From the NCBI GenBank assembly GCA_963678315.1, contig OY782781.1:2688001-2752000 (forward strand): a DNA stretch of 64,000 bases, in the 5' to 3' direction. This document shows positions 10,130 through 20,126 of this stretch, one piece after another. How positions within the stretch are numbered: position 1 is the stretch's first letter; each line of letters begins with the position of its first letter. The notes beneath the pieces were generated by a model, which was not told the DNA's origin, searched no databases, and was given only the letters and a program-made list of their open reading frames with translations. The DNA comes from Candidatus Cloacimonadales bacterium. GTDB lineage: Bacteria > Cloacimonadota > Cloacimonadia > Cloacimonadales > JAFGVF01. A program made the translations under genes and the position numbers.

Positions 10130-12106
10130 TTAAAGTAGTCCCCAACGTTTTCTAAAGAATAGTTCTAATGAGAACATAAGTATGAAAATCCCCAATATCC
10201 ATTTGTTAAATAATAATTTGATTTCATGAGGTCTTTCACTAATCACCTCTTCTCTATTTAGAAATTTCTTACTAACTTTAGAATCAGATACATCAATATT
10301 TTTACCATTTGTTAACTTAGAAATCTGTATAAGGAAAGAATTGTTGAAATCATCTTGCTTTTGCTCTTGATTACTATCAAAAACTATGAACTCTAATTTT
10401 CTACTTTCATTTAGATCTGTATCAGTAACTTCAACTGTGTATTGCCCTGCATCAAAATCTTCTAGAGAATAACTATAGCCATTATTAGTTTTTTCCATGA
10501 AATCACTAAAGATTTCCTTGCTATCCTTATCATAAACATCAATTCTTAGTTTTCTATTGTTTACGAAATCACCTTTCTCGTCTAGTATTTGAGAAGTAAT
10601 ATGTACTTGTTCTCCTCTAAAATAACCATCTTTATTGCTAACGACTACAAAGTTCTCTCCAATATCTGATAACAACCAATTAATTGTATTACTGATAAAA
10701 GTATTGTAAGATTCATAATTGCTTCTACTTCCCCATCTCCAGAAGTTTTTAAGCCCAATTTGAAGAATTTTACTTTTGTTTATCTTCATTGTAGCTACAG
10801 CTGGAGACTGCTCCATGTTGTCAATTTTTAACAATAAAGAAGCTGATGCTTTGGCATTGAAGTACTTATATTTAATTGGAGGTAATTCTGTATTCATCTT
10901 AAGATAATCTTTGAAGAAAGATAATTGCTGTCTGTTTGAAGCAATTAAGACATTACCTTCATACTCTTTATCAATATTTGAAGTTGAGAGAGGTGAAATA
11001 TTCTCTAAGCCCTGGATATTATCTCCTATCAAGAATAAACTTAATCCTCGATTAATTTTTAAATTAATTATTTCTCTCATCTCATTAGTTAACTTCAAAG
11101 AACCCTGATTGGATAATATTAGTAAATTAATGCCTTCTAAAGATTGTCTCAACTGAACTTGTTCCTGCTTATTATATAGTTTACTATTTTTTACAACTAT
11201 AACATTGTATGTGAATTTCTTATCTGTAGAAAGAACATCTTTTATAGACTTCACATCCCAATTAGGCTGGTCAGTTATAAATAATATTTTAGCTTTGCTA
11301 TCAGCAACCTTGATGACTCTTTTTTCTACATCAAGAATGTTATCTCCATTTTTGAGTACTATCTCAACAGAATGTAATCCCTCTTCTTTAAAAGTTGCAA
11401 ATAGATTCTTCACAACTCTCTTTTCATTTGATGATATTTTTGAATTGTCCAGAACAAGCTCTTTATCTCTTATTTCTATTTCAGCACCTAAACTTTCTTG
11501 ATTATCAATAGATATTTCGAATGGTACTCTATCTCCAACATAACTATTTCTATTTGAACGAACAGAAATAATTGAAGTTGTCTCATCTTTCAATCCGTTA
11601 GCAAAATTAAATGTATTAATTCTAGATGGATAATTATTGAGAAAATCTAAATCTTCATTGACGTAGTAACCGTCTGAAAATAGAAATATTTCACTATTTA
11701 CAAGGTCTGATTGTTTGTTTACAGATTCTAATGTCTTCACCAAATCTGTATAACCAGTATTACCATTTAAGTCACTAGAAAAATTATATTCAGTAACAGA
11801 GAAATTATTTTCTAATGTTTCTTTTATACTGAATAAACCTTCAGAAACTATATTGCTCTTCTTTTTCCCCTTTACTTCATTATCCATACTTAAAGAATTA
11901 TCAATAAGAACTATTGCTTTAGCTTTGTTTGCTTCTGTTGATGTATAACGGATTACAGGTTTAACAATCATCAAAGCAAGTAGAAAAACAACAATGAATC
12001 TGAGAGAACTTAGACAAAATTTATTCCATATTGAAAGCTCTGGTTTACAGTTCTTATAGAAAACAAACGTATAAACCAGAGCAAGTATAATTGCTATATA
12101 TATCAT
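10130..12106 (-). CDS. Membrane-anchored vWA-domain protein
   Basis: Two N-terminal TM segments; MIDAS DNSLS; FSDG; C-terminal TM ending ELFFRKRWGLL. Confidence 0.75.
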   Translation of the reverse strand: MIYIAIILALVYTFVFYKNCKPELSIWNKFCLSSLRFIVVFLLALMIVKPVIRYTSTEANKAKAIVLIDNSLSMDNEVKGKKKSNIVSEGLFSIKETLENNFSVTEYNFSSDLNGNTGYTDLVKTLESVNKQSDLVNSEIFLFSDGYYVNEDLDFLNNYPSRINTFNFANGLKDETTSIISVRSNRNSYVGDRVPFEISIDNQESLGAEIEIRDKELVLDNSKISSNEKRVVKNLFATFKEEGLHSVEIVLKNGDNILDVEKRVIKVADSKAKILFITDQPNWDVKSIKDVLSTDKKFTYNVIVVKNSKLYNKQEQVQLRQSLEGINLLILSNQGSLKLTNEMREIINLKINRGLSLFLIGDNIQGLENISPLSTSNIDKEYEGNVLIASNRQQLSFFKDYLKMNTELPPIKYKYFNAKASASLLLKIDNMEQSPAVATMKINKSKILQIGLKNFWRWGSRSNYESYNTFISNTINWLLSDIGENFVVVSNKDGYFRGEQVHITSQILDEKGDFVNNRKLRIDVYDKDSKEIFSDFMEKTNNGYSYSLEDFDAGQYTVEVTDTDLNESRKLEFIVFDSNQEQKQDDFNNSFLIQISKLTNGKNIDVSDSKVSKKFLNREEVISERPHEIKLLFNKWILGIFILMFSLELFFRKRWGLL

Positions 12107-13350
12107 ATTTTAATTTGTGTGTAGAGACCTATTGCTAGAGATTTTGATGAGTTTGAAGGAAATGCAGTTCCTACCGATTGCATGGATATACCTAACTCAA
12201 AGAAGTTAGTTCTGTAGGCAACACCAATTGAGGAAGATAAATCATTTTCACCGTCGTTAAACTGTAATCCTAATTGAATTGGTAAATTATGTAAGTATCT
12301 TATTTCAGTAGCCATTCCTAATCTATTACGACCTAATTTATATTCATTTTCATCAAAGACATGTTCATAATCTAATGAGAAATCTACTTTACCAAAATCA
12401 TATAAGGATCCCATTCTATAGGTTAATGGTAAGGAAGTAGTTCTTCCATCTACATCTTTCAATTCATCTTCATCTGAGAGTAAATCTTCATCTAGATCAG
12501 ATAAATAAACATCTTCCATCCAATAATGAGTCCTTCGAATCTTAGCATCACCAATCCATTTTATGAATCCTGCTATATTATCAAAGCCCATAGAAACATT
12601 TATCTCATCAGTTAGCTGAGAATCAAAGCCTAAATTCGCTTTTAAACCAAGTCCAAAAGCTTGTTCTCTTTGGTATAAATCTGCATCAAAATATATACCT
12701 TCATTTACTGAAGATCTATATTCAGCATTAAATTTAGAAACATCTATTTGTCCTAAACCAGTAAGTAAACTTATGGAAAAACCATAATTTACATCTGGAA
12801 TATTATTCAATTTATCAGTAAGATCTTGCAATTTGAACCCACCCATTCCGTAGGTAATGTCTAGATATGACAAAACTTTGTAATTTATATCAGATTTATT
12901 AAAGTTATAGCTATCATTTTCATTACCATATAATATTATTTCTAGTAATTCTTCTGTAACTTTCATATCTAAAACTGTATTTAGTCCGATTCCAAAAGCT
13001 TTGTTATTTGAACTCATTCCAAAAATTGTGTTTCTCATTGTACCTTCTGCAACAAAATAACCATCAATTTCATCAAGTAATTCTTCTTTGTCTGCTTGAG
13101 TTAAGAATTCTCCGCTAATACCATTCATATCTTGATCAAATAAATTGTTAGTCAAAATAATTCCATTATCTGTTAAAGGAATCACAAATGTTGTTCCCTG
13201 TCCAATTAAAGATGGATTCCAGTAAAGAGCATCTACTCCATTACTTCTAGAAAGATAACTATTTGAATATGCCATTGATTTAGGAGAAGTAAATCCGTAT
13301 ATGCTGATACAACTAATAACTAAAATTATAAACACTATAATTCTTTTCAT
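12103..13350 (-). CDS. Outer membrane beta-barrel, FadL/PorV-like (DUF5723-like)
   Basis: Signal peptide; N-terminal PKSMAY...DALYWNPS resembling the FadL/PorV NPA motif; alternating beta-strand pattern at the C-terminus. Confidence 0.6.
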   Translation of the reverse strand: MKRIIVFIILVISCISIYGFTSPKSMAYSNSYLSRSNGVDALYWNPSLIGQGTTFVIPLTDNGIILTNNLFDQDMNGISGEFLTQADKEELLDEIDGYFVAEGTMRNTIFGMSSNNKAFGIGLNTVLDMKVTEELLEIILYGNENDSYNFNKSDINYKVLSYLDITYGMGGFKLQDLTDKLNNIPDVNYGFSISLLTGLGQIDVSKFNAEYRSSVNEGIYFDADLYQREQAFGLGLKANLGFDSQLTDEINVSMGFDNIAGFIKWIGDAKIRRTHYWMEDVYLSDLDEDLLSDEDELKDVDGRTTSLPLTYRMGSLYDFGKVDFSLDYEHVFDENEYKLGRNRLGMATEIRYLHNLPIQLGLQFNDGENDLSSSIGVAYRTNFFELGISMQSVGTAFPSNSSKSLAIGLYTQIKI

Positions 13351-13352
13351 GC

Positions 13353-14885
13353 TTATTTATCTCCTTCATCTATCATAACATTTAAACTCAGGTCACCTTT
13401 AATAGTTAGTCCATCATTTGCCATTACAACAAGATATCCATCAGTATTATTAAGTTTAACTCTGAATCGTACATATATCTTATCGTTCAAGAATGTGTTT
13501 AAATCCTTATTCAACTCACCTTTACTTAATTCAATTGAGATTATTTGTTCTTCTGAAGTAGCATTTATTTCATTATCGAGAAGTTGTATTTCAGAATTAT
13601 CTAATGATACTTGACTTGTGTCAATTTCAGTTGAAGAAATGTATAAATCAACTTTACCACCAAAATCAAAATTGTTAATTAATGTTAAATCTATACTTGC
13701 ACTATCGACTCTGTCATCAATCATATCTTGATTTGCTGAATCGATTTCTATTTCGATGTAGTCATTAGGTATAATGCTGTAGTCACTAAAAACATCTATT
13801 TCAGCAGGAATGACAACATTAAAATCACATCTTATTGTGTGTTGATTACTTACGAAACCAGGTTCAGTTGCTGTTACATTATTAACTTCATATAGAGGGT
13901 TTATAAAAGCAATTCTATCTGGCATTAATCTAAGCATCTGATTTGCCCTTTCATTATCAACAATATTAATGTCCGTAGTCATTACTTGGCCAGGATTAGT
14001 AGCAGCAGCAGCTGTAAAATCCACTCCTAAATCTTCGTGAATAGATATTCTATCAACTTCAGCCCCATCTTTATATGCTACTAAATCACCAAGAAAATAA
14101 AAATCAAATCCAATTTCATTATATATAGTGAAGTATATGTTTGCAGATTTTATCATAAGAGCATCTTCAACATTCTGTGGATAATCAATATCAACATCCT
14201 GTTCATAATCTAAGGCTCTTACATCATTTATATAGCCATTAAACTCTGAAAACATAATATCGTCCTGCATTGATAAGCGAATTAATCCAAGAGGGGTATT
14301 GTCTGCCAAATCAGATGAGCAATATAAATTAAAATCAAGTATAATGTTTTCTTCATTCAAATCTTGTGATCCAAGTGTCAGTCCATCTAAATGGAATAAA
14401 TACATGGAATCAATAAAATCGTTCTTATTGATTGTAAGAATGTGAGTGCTTCCATCACTATTGAGTAACTGGTTGAATTGTATTTCTATATAGTTAAAAT
14501 CTAAAAAAGAGTCATTTAATTCAATATCCATGACTCCGGATTCAATTATTCCATTTAAAACTCTAATTTCAGTCTCAGGAGTTAATGATTGCAAGAAAAG
14601 ACTGTTAGGAGTCGATTGATTGCTAACTAGAGGTAAATCAGGAGTAGATGAGTTGACTGATTTGACCAATGCTGGTGCTACTTCTTCTATAGAGCCTTCT
14701 ATTGTTACTTTCAGTGTATCATTTTCGATAATTATATTTTCACCTTCAAGATCTGCTGCAGAAAAAGTCCTATTCATTAATGGTATATTCCGCAATCCCA
14801 CTTCCCAAGAAGGAGCTTCAAAATCTGTTAAGCCGCATGCTGCTATCACCAATCCACATAGTAAAATAAGATATCTTAACTTCAT
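13353..14885 (-). CDS. Acidic, beta-rich hypothetical lipoprotein
   Basis: Lipobox IAAC; 510 aa; tightly spaced with neighbours. Confidence 0.75.
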   Translation of the reverse strand: MKLRYLILLCGLVIAACGLTDFEAPSWEVGLRNIPLMNRTFSAADLEGENIIIENDTLKVTIEGSIEEVAPALVKSVNSSTPDLPLVSNQSTPNSLFLQSLTPETEIRVLNGIIESGVMDIELNDSFLDFNYIEIQFNQLLNSDGSTHILTINKNDFIDSMYLFHLDGLTLGSQDLNEENIILDFNLYCSSDLADNTPLGLIRLSMQDDIMFSEFNGYINDVRALDYEQDVDIDYPQNVEDALMIKSANIYFTIYNEIGFDFYFLGDLVAYKDGAEVDRISIHEDLGVDFTAAAATNPGQVMTTDINIVDNERANQMLRLMPDRIAFINPLYEVNNVTATEPGFVSNQHTIRCDFNVVIPAEIDVFSDYSIIPNDYIEIEIDSANQDMIDDRVDSASIDLTLINNFDFGGKVDLYISSTEIDTSQVSLDNSEIQLLDNEINATSEEQIISIELSKGELNKDLNTFLNDKIYVRFRVKLNNTDGYLVVMANDGLTIKGDLSLNVMIDEGDK

Positions 14886-14905
14886 AATTGATACTCTCCA
14901 ATTTC

Positions 14906-15874
14906 TTATACTTTAAAATATCCTTTCTCCAAATTATTGTCAATATTTAACTTGATATATTCTGAATTAATAGATTGCTGAAGCAATTTTTTACCATAAC
15001 CACCATGACCAAGAAGAAGTGAAGTATCATATTTGGAGATATAGAGATGGTCATTAAGACCATTAGCTAAAGCGTTAACAATCTTCTTTACAAAAATGTA
15101 GCTTTTTACAAGTTCCCCAAAAGCAGGATGATATGGACCAGCAATAATATTTTCTTTGAAATGAGAATCAACTTGAACTCCGACTTTTATTACTTTGATA
15201 TCTTGCTTTTCAAACTCCTGTGATGTTTCAGCACAAATTTTAATAGCATCTTCTAAGGATAAAGGTGAATAATCACCATTATTGTACAGAGTTTCTAATT
15301 TTGTATTTTTCAGTACAACTGTTGGATAGATTCTAACATATTTAGGCTTCAATCTTATAACCTGCGTGATAGTTTCTTTTAGAGTAGTTTCACTATATGC
15401 GGGTAATCCTGGCATTATCTGGATTCCTAAATCCAAACTATTATCTGAAACTAGTTTACACGCTTCAATCGCAGTATTGCTATCATATCCTCTTCTAGTT
15501 TTTAAAAGGACTTCATCAGTAAAGTCTTGTATTCCTAGCTCAATCGTTTGAAGTCCATACTTTTTACCTAAATCAATATCTTCTTGGTCTAGGCAATCAG
15601 GTCTTGTAGAATATCTTATTTTTGTTAAATCATTAATAAATGGTTTTAGTTTAGAAAACTGTTCTTCTTGCCAAGCTATACTGAAAGCAGTAAAAGTACC
15701 TCCAAAAAAAGCAATTTCTTTGTAGGAAGTCTTGTTAAACTTACAGAAATCTGATATTTCATCTAAGTGTTTATCTATTGAATATTCAGTTTCTCCAGTT
15801 ATTGCATACTGGTCACAATAGATACAACGATAGGGACAACCAGCTAAAGGTAAAAATATAGGGTAAACTTCCAT
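14906..15874 (-). CDS. Radical SAM protein (Elp3/YhcC-like)
   Basis: CPYRCIYC motif; FFGGTFT; STRPD; GPYHPAFG; follows rnc. Confidence 0.9.
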   Translation of the reverse strand: MEVYPIFLPLAGCPYRCIYCDQYAITGETEYSIDKHLDEISDFCKFNKTSYKEIAFFGGTFTAFSIAWQEEQFSKLKPFINDLTKIRYSTRPDCLDQEDIDLGKKYGLQTIELGIQDFTDEVLLKTRRGYDSNTAIEACKLVSDNSLDLGIQIMPGLPAYSETTLKETITQVIRLKPKYVRIYPTVVLKNTKLETLYNNGDYSPLSLEDAIKICAETSQEFEKQDIKVIKVGVQVDSHFKENIIAGPYHPAFGELVKSYIFVKKIVNALANGLNDHLYISKYDTSLLLGHGGYGKKLLQQSINSEYIKLNIDNNLEKGYFKV

Positions 15875-16644
15875 TACTTTATCTTAAGAGACTTACAAGC
15901 CTCTTTAGCAGCATTCTGCTGTGCAGTCTTTTTATTAGCCCCAGAACCAGTTCCATAGGATTGTCCTTGAATAAGAACATTAAAAGTAAAAATCTTCTGA
16001 TGGTCTGGACCTTCTTCTGAAACAACTTTGTACATTGGTGGTTCTTGAAATTTTGATTGCGTATATTCTTGCAAAATACTTTTATAATTTGTTAATTCAT
16101 CTCTATTCACATACTTTTCGAAGTCTTTCAATATTCTTTGTTTAATAAATTTCCTTGCTGAATTCATCCCTCCATCAAGATATATTGCACAAATCAAAGC
16201 TTCCATAGAATCCGAAACTATCGATGGTTTGTCTCTTCCCCCACTCTTAGCTTCTTCAGAACTCAATAAAATATACTCACCAAGTTCGATTTCTTTAGCT
16301 TTTAGTGTTAAGAACTTCTCCGATACAATCTTTGATTTTAACTTTGATAGATTACCTTCTTGTTTCTTAGGGAACTTAACGAACAGTTCTTGAGCTACAA
16401 CTAATCCAAGCACTGAATCACCTAAAAACTCCATTCTTTCAAAAGGTGATATATTACTATTACTTCTTTCTTCCTTCTTAAAGAATGAATCATGTGTAAG
16501 AGCATTCTTAACCAAATTGATATTCTTAAATTTATAACCTATAACCAATTGCAGTTCAGCAAGTTTAGCTTCCCAATTATCGCTTACATTCTTATCTACT
16601 TTAACAACAAAATGCTCGATTAGCGATTTCAATAATTGTTTCAT
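15874..16644 (-). CDS. rnc: Ribonuclease III
   Basis: ERMEFLGDSVL signature and C-terminal dsRBD. Start reassigned to ATG 16644 after AGGAG. Confidence 0.97.
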   Translation of the reverse strand: MKQLLKSLIEHFVVKVDKNVSDNWEAKLAELQLVIGYKFKNINLVKNALTHDSFFKKEERSNSNISPFERMEFLGDSVLGLVVAQELFVKFPKKQEGNLSKLKSKIVSEKFLTLKAKEIELGEYILLSSEEAKSGGRDKPSIVSDSMEALICAIYLDGGMNSARKFIKQRILKDFEKYVNRDELTNYKSILQEYTQSKFQEPPMYKVVSEEGPDHQKIFTFNVLIQGQSYGTGSGANKKTAQQNAAKEACKSLKIK

Positions 16645-16739
16645 ACTTCTCCTATACAAAAGAAGCTCTGAAGAGAATAGATCTAAGCAATCTACTCTCT
16701 TCACAGCATCAAAAGAGGGGGATATCTCCCCCATTTATA

Positions 16740-17981
16740 TTATTTTTTATATTCTTTAAAAATCACAGCTGAATTATGGCCACCAAATCCTAAAGAGTTA
16801 CTTATTGCAGTACTTACTTGTTTTTCTTTAGCTTGATTAGGTGTATAATCTAATCTACAATCTGGATCAGGGTTATCATAATTCATTGTACCATGAATTT
16901 TGTTATCCCTTATTGATAAGCAACAAACAATTGCTTCTATACCTGCAGCAGCACCAAGCATATGACCTACCATTGACTTAGTTGAATTAACACTTAGTTT
17001 TTCAACATAGCTACCAAAAACTGTTTCTATAGCTGCTGATTCATTCTTGTCATTTAATGGAGTAGATGTTCCATGAGCATTAAAATAATCAATTTGCTCA
17101 GGCTTCAAATCAGCATCTTTTAAAGCAAATTCAATTGCTCTAGCTCCACCTTCACCTTGTTCTGCTGGAGCAGTTATGTGGTAAGCATCACATGTAGCAC
17201 CGTATCCAACAACTTCAGCATATATATTAGCTCCACGAGCAAGTGCATGTTCTAATTCTTCCATAACAACCATACCTGCACCTTCAGACATTACAAAACC
17301 ATCACGTTCTTTATCGAAAGGTCTGCTAGCTTTAGTTGGTTCATCATTTCTAGTACTTAGGGCTTTCATTGCACAAAAACCAGCAACAGCCATAGGATTA
17401 ACTGCACCTTCACAACCGCCTGTTAAAACTATATCAGCATCCCCATATTGAATAGCTCTTAGAGAAGTACCTATTGCATGATTAGCACTTGTACAAGCAC
17501 TTACAACATTGAAGTTTATTGCTTTTAAATTGTGTTCAATGGCAATGTGACCTGCTGCAATGTTAGAAATCATTTTTGGGATAAAGAATGGACTAATTCT
17601 CCTTGGCCCTTTAGTAATTAATTTTTCTGTTTCTTCTTGGAATGTCCAAATACCACCTATTCCTGCACCTGTGATACAGCCAGCTCTATATGGATCATAA
17701 TTCCCTTCTGTTAAGCCAGAATCTTTTATCGCTTCTCTAGCTGCTACCATAGCAAACTGTGTATATAAATCTAATTTTTTTACTTCACGTTTGTCGAAGT
17801 AATCCGTAGCAACAAAATCTTTTATTTCTCCGGCAATCTGTGCGTTATATGCTGAAGCATCAAATTTTTCTATTTTACCTATACCAGAAACACCTGCTAA
17901 AAGATTTTCCCACATCTTATCTACATTCAATCCTACAGGGGTTACCGCACCTAGTCCAGTAATAACAACTCTGCGTTTCAT
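16740..17981 (-). CDS. fabF: 3-oxoacyl-ACP synthase II
   Basis: RRVVITGLG, SACTS, NAHGTST, GHMLGAAA, SNSLGFGGHN. Confidence 0.97.
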   Translation of the reverse strand: MKRRVVITGLGAVTPVGLNVDKMWENLLAGVSGIGKIEKFDASAYNAQIAGEIKDFVATDYFDKREVKKLDLYTQFAMVAAREAIKDSGLTEGNYDPYRAGCITGAGIGGIWTFQEETEKLITKGPRRISPFFIPKMISNIAAGHIAIEHNLKAINFNVVSACTSANHAIGTSLRAIQYGDADIVLTGGCEGAVNPMAVAGFCAMKALSTRNDEPTKASRPFDKERDGFVMSEGAGMVVMEELEHALARGANIYAEVVGYGATCDAYHITAPAEQGEGGARAIEFALKDADLKPEQIDYFNAHGTSTPLNDKNESAAIETVFGSYVEKLSVNSTKSMVGHMLGAAAGIEAIVCCLSIRDNKIHGTMNYDNPDPDCRLDYTPNQAKEKQVSTAISNSLGFGGHNSAVIFKEYKK

Positions 17982-18096
17982 AATCTATCCTTATAAAGTC
18001 TATTTTTATCTTTGTATTTGAATTAAATTCAAAATAATATTTTGAGCTAAGTCCCCTCATTAAAATGAAGAGCCTTAACTCAAAATTAATTAGGTG

Positions 18097-18330
18097 CTAG
18101 TTAACTTTACCTTTTAAGTAATTAATAGCTGCACCAACAGATCTTAATTGTTCTTGATCTTCATCTGGAATTTCGATATCGAATTCTTCTTCAAATTTCA
18201 TAACAAGTTCAACTGTGTCTAATGAGTCAGCACCAAGATCTTCGATGAAGCTAGCTTCATTTACAACTTGACTTTCTTCAACACCTAACTCTTCAACAAT
18301 GATTTGTTTTACTTTTGCTTCAATATCCAT
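18097..18330 (-). CDS. acpP: Acyl carrier protein
   Basis: [12 protein letters not shown]. Start at ATG 18330 after GGAGG. Confidence 0.97.
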   Translation of the reverse strand: MDIEAKVKQIIVEELGVEESQVVNEASFIEDLGADSLDTVELVMKFEEEFDIEIPDEDQEQLRSVGAAINYLKGKVN

Positions 18331-18371
18331 ATTTTCCTCCATGGTATTTTTTATTTTTGACTTTTATCTTT

Positions 18372-19121
18372 TTACATAATCAAGCCACCATCAACATTGA
18401 TGGTTTGACCTGTAATATATCTTGATCCTTCAGATGATAAGAATAGGCAAAGATTAGCAATATCTTCAGCTTGTCCCATCTTACCTAATGGTATCGCTTT
18501 TGCATAACTAGCTACAACATCTTCACTTAGCGTAGCAGTCATATCTGTTTCAATAAATCCTGGTGCAATTGCATTAACTCTTACATTTCTAGAAGCTAAT
18601 TCTTTAGCTGTAGATTTTGTTAGAGAAATCAATCCACCCTTTGAAGCAGCATAATTTGCCTGTCCAGCATTACCCATTATTCCAATTACAGAAGCAATAT
18701 TGATAATAACACCATCTCTTTGCTTCATCATATATCTAATACTTTTTTGAATACAATTAAATGAGCCCTTGAGATTTACATTCAAAACAGCATCCCAATC
18801 TGACTCTTTCATTCTCATTAGCAAATTATCTTTTGTAATTCCAGCATTATTTACGAGTACATCAATGCTACCTAAATCACTGTTGATAGTTTTAATCACT
18901 TTTTCAACTAATTTAGCATCAGTTACATCTAAAACATAACCATACACTGTCTCAGAAATATCTTTTAATTTCTCAACTGCTGCATTCACAACTTCTTCAT
19001 TAATATCAAGTATTACAACTTTAGCTCTATTTTCAACAAATCTTTTTGCAATACCAAAACCAATCCCACGACCAGAACCAGTTACTAGTACAACTTTGCT
19101 TTCAACACTAAATGTATTCAT
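18372..19121 (-). CDS. fabG: 3-oxoacyl-ACP reductase
   Basis: TGSGRGIG, NNAGIT, YAASK; fab operon context. Confidence 0.95.
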   Translation of the reverse strand: MNTFSVESKVVLVTGSGRGIGFGIAKRFVENRAKVVILDINEEVVNAAVEKLKDISETVYGYVLDVTDAKLVEKVIKTINSDLGSIDVLVNNAGITKDNLLMRMKESDWDAVLNVNLKGSFNCIQKSIRYMMKQRDGVIINIASVIGIMGNAGQANYAASKGGLISLTKSTAKELASRNVRVNAIAPGFIETDMTATLSEDVVASYAKAIPLGKMGQAEDIANLCLFLSSEGSRYITGQTINVDGGLIM

Positions 19122-20055
19122 TAATCACCTCTACTGCATGATCAATATCAGTTATTTTATCAATATTAACAAACTTTGCATTCTTGTCAATCTTCTTTAT
19201 CATACCGCTAATAACTTTTTGTGGACCGAACTCAACAAATAACTCTACTCCATTAGAAATCATGTATTCTATTGACTTGATCCATTGTACTGAAGATGTT
19301 ACTTGCTTAGCCAAGTTTTCTTTGATTTGATTAGGATTTGTATGAGCTTTTGCATCTACATTAGAGACAAGTGGAATATTGCTTTCGTTGAAACTTATAC
19401 TATTCATCTCTTCAGTAAGCCACTCTTCTGCTTTAGCAATCAATGGAGAATGGAAAGGTCCCCCAACATTAAGCATAATTGCTCGTCTTACACCTCTTTC
19501 CTTAGCAATCTCAATTGCCTTTTCAACGCCTGCTTTACTTCCAGATATAACAGTTTGAACAGGGGTATTAAAATTAGCTGGTATAACAATATCTACTTGA
19601 CTTGCTTCTTCACAAATTTCAGCAACCTCATCACTACTTTTGCCCATAATAGCTGCCATAGCAAAAGGTTTTCCATCATTTGCTTTCATCATGAACTCTC
19701 CTCTCTTATGGACGAGATACATAGCATCTTCAAGAGAAAGCACATTATTAGCTACAAGAGAAGTTATTTCACCTAATGAGTGACCTGCCACAAAAGCTGG
19801 TTCAATATCAATTTTATCTTTCAATGCTATTAGCGCTGATATTGAGTGAAATAGAATTGCTGGTTGAGTAAAACGAGTATCTCTTAAATCCTCTTCTGGA
19901 CCTTCAGAGATTATTCTTTTTAACTCAGTATTATTATTTATATCAAATTGTTTAAGTACATTTTGTAATTCAGGCTTGTTTTCAATTAAATCCATAGCCA
20001 TACCTACATATTGGGCACCCTGACCAGGAAATACAAAAGCTATTTTTTTGTTCAT
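19108..20055 (-). CDS. fabD: Malonyl-CoA:ACP transacylase
   Basis: FPGQGAQ, TQPA, GHSLGE, FHS. Confidence 0.96.
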   Translation of the reverse strand: MNKKIAFVFPGQGAQYVGMAMDLIENKPELQNVLKQFDINNNTELKRIISEGPEEDLRDTRFTQPAILFHSISALIALKDKIDIEPAFVAGHSLGEITSLVANNVLSLEDAMYLVHKRGEFMMKANDGKPFAMAAIMGKSSDEVAEICEEASQVDIVIPANFNTPVQTVISGSKAGVEKAIEIAKERGVRRAIMLNVGGPFHSPLIAKAEEWLTEEMNSISFNESNIPLVSNVDAKAHTNPNQIKENLAKQVTSSVQWIKSIEYMISNGVELFVEFGPQKVISGMIKKIDKNAKFVNIDKITDIDHAVEVINEYI

Positions 20056-20126
20056 AAAACTAACTCCTTTAGTTAACTCAGAATTAATAATTGAATCTTA
20101 TTCATTGTTATTTATAAAAAAAACTC

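Noticed and set aside
16645..16734. 30 aa N-terminal extension of RNase III in the ORF track
   Set aside because: It spans two RNA hairpins, and a good SD precedes ATG 16644.
19303..19776. 157 aa plus-strand ORF, and similar antisense ORFs such as 52030-52374, 57021-57389 and 60297-60650
   Set aside because: Antisense shadows of well-supported genes, with no motifs or SD support.
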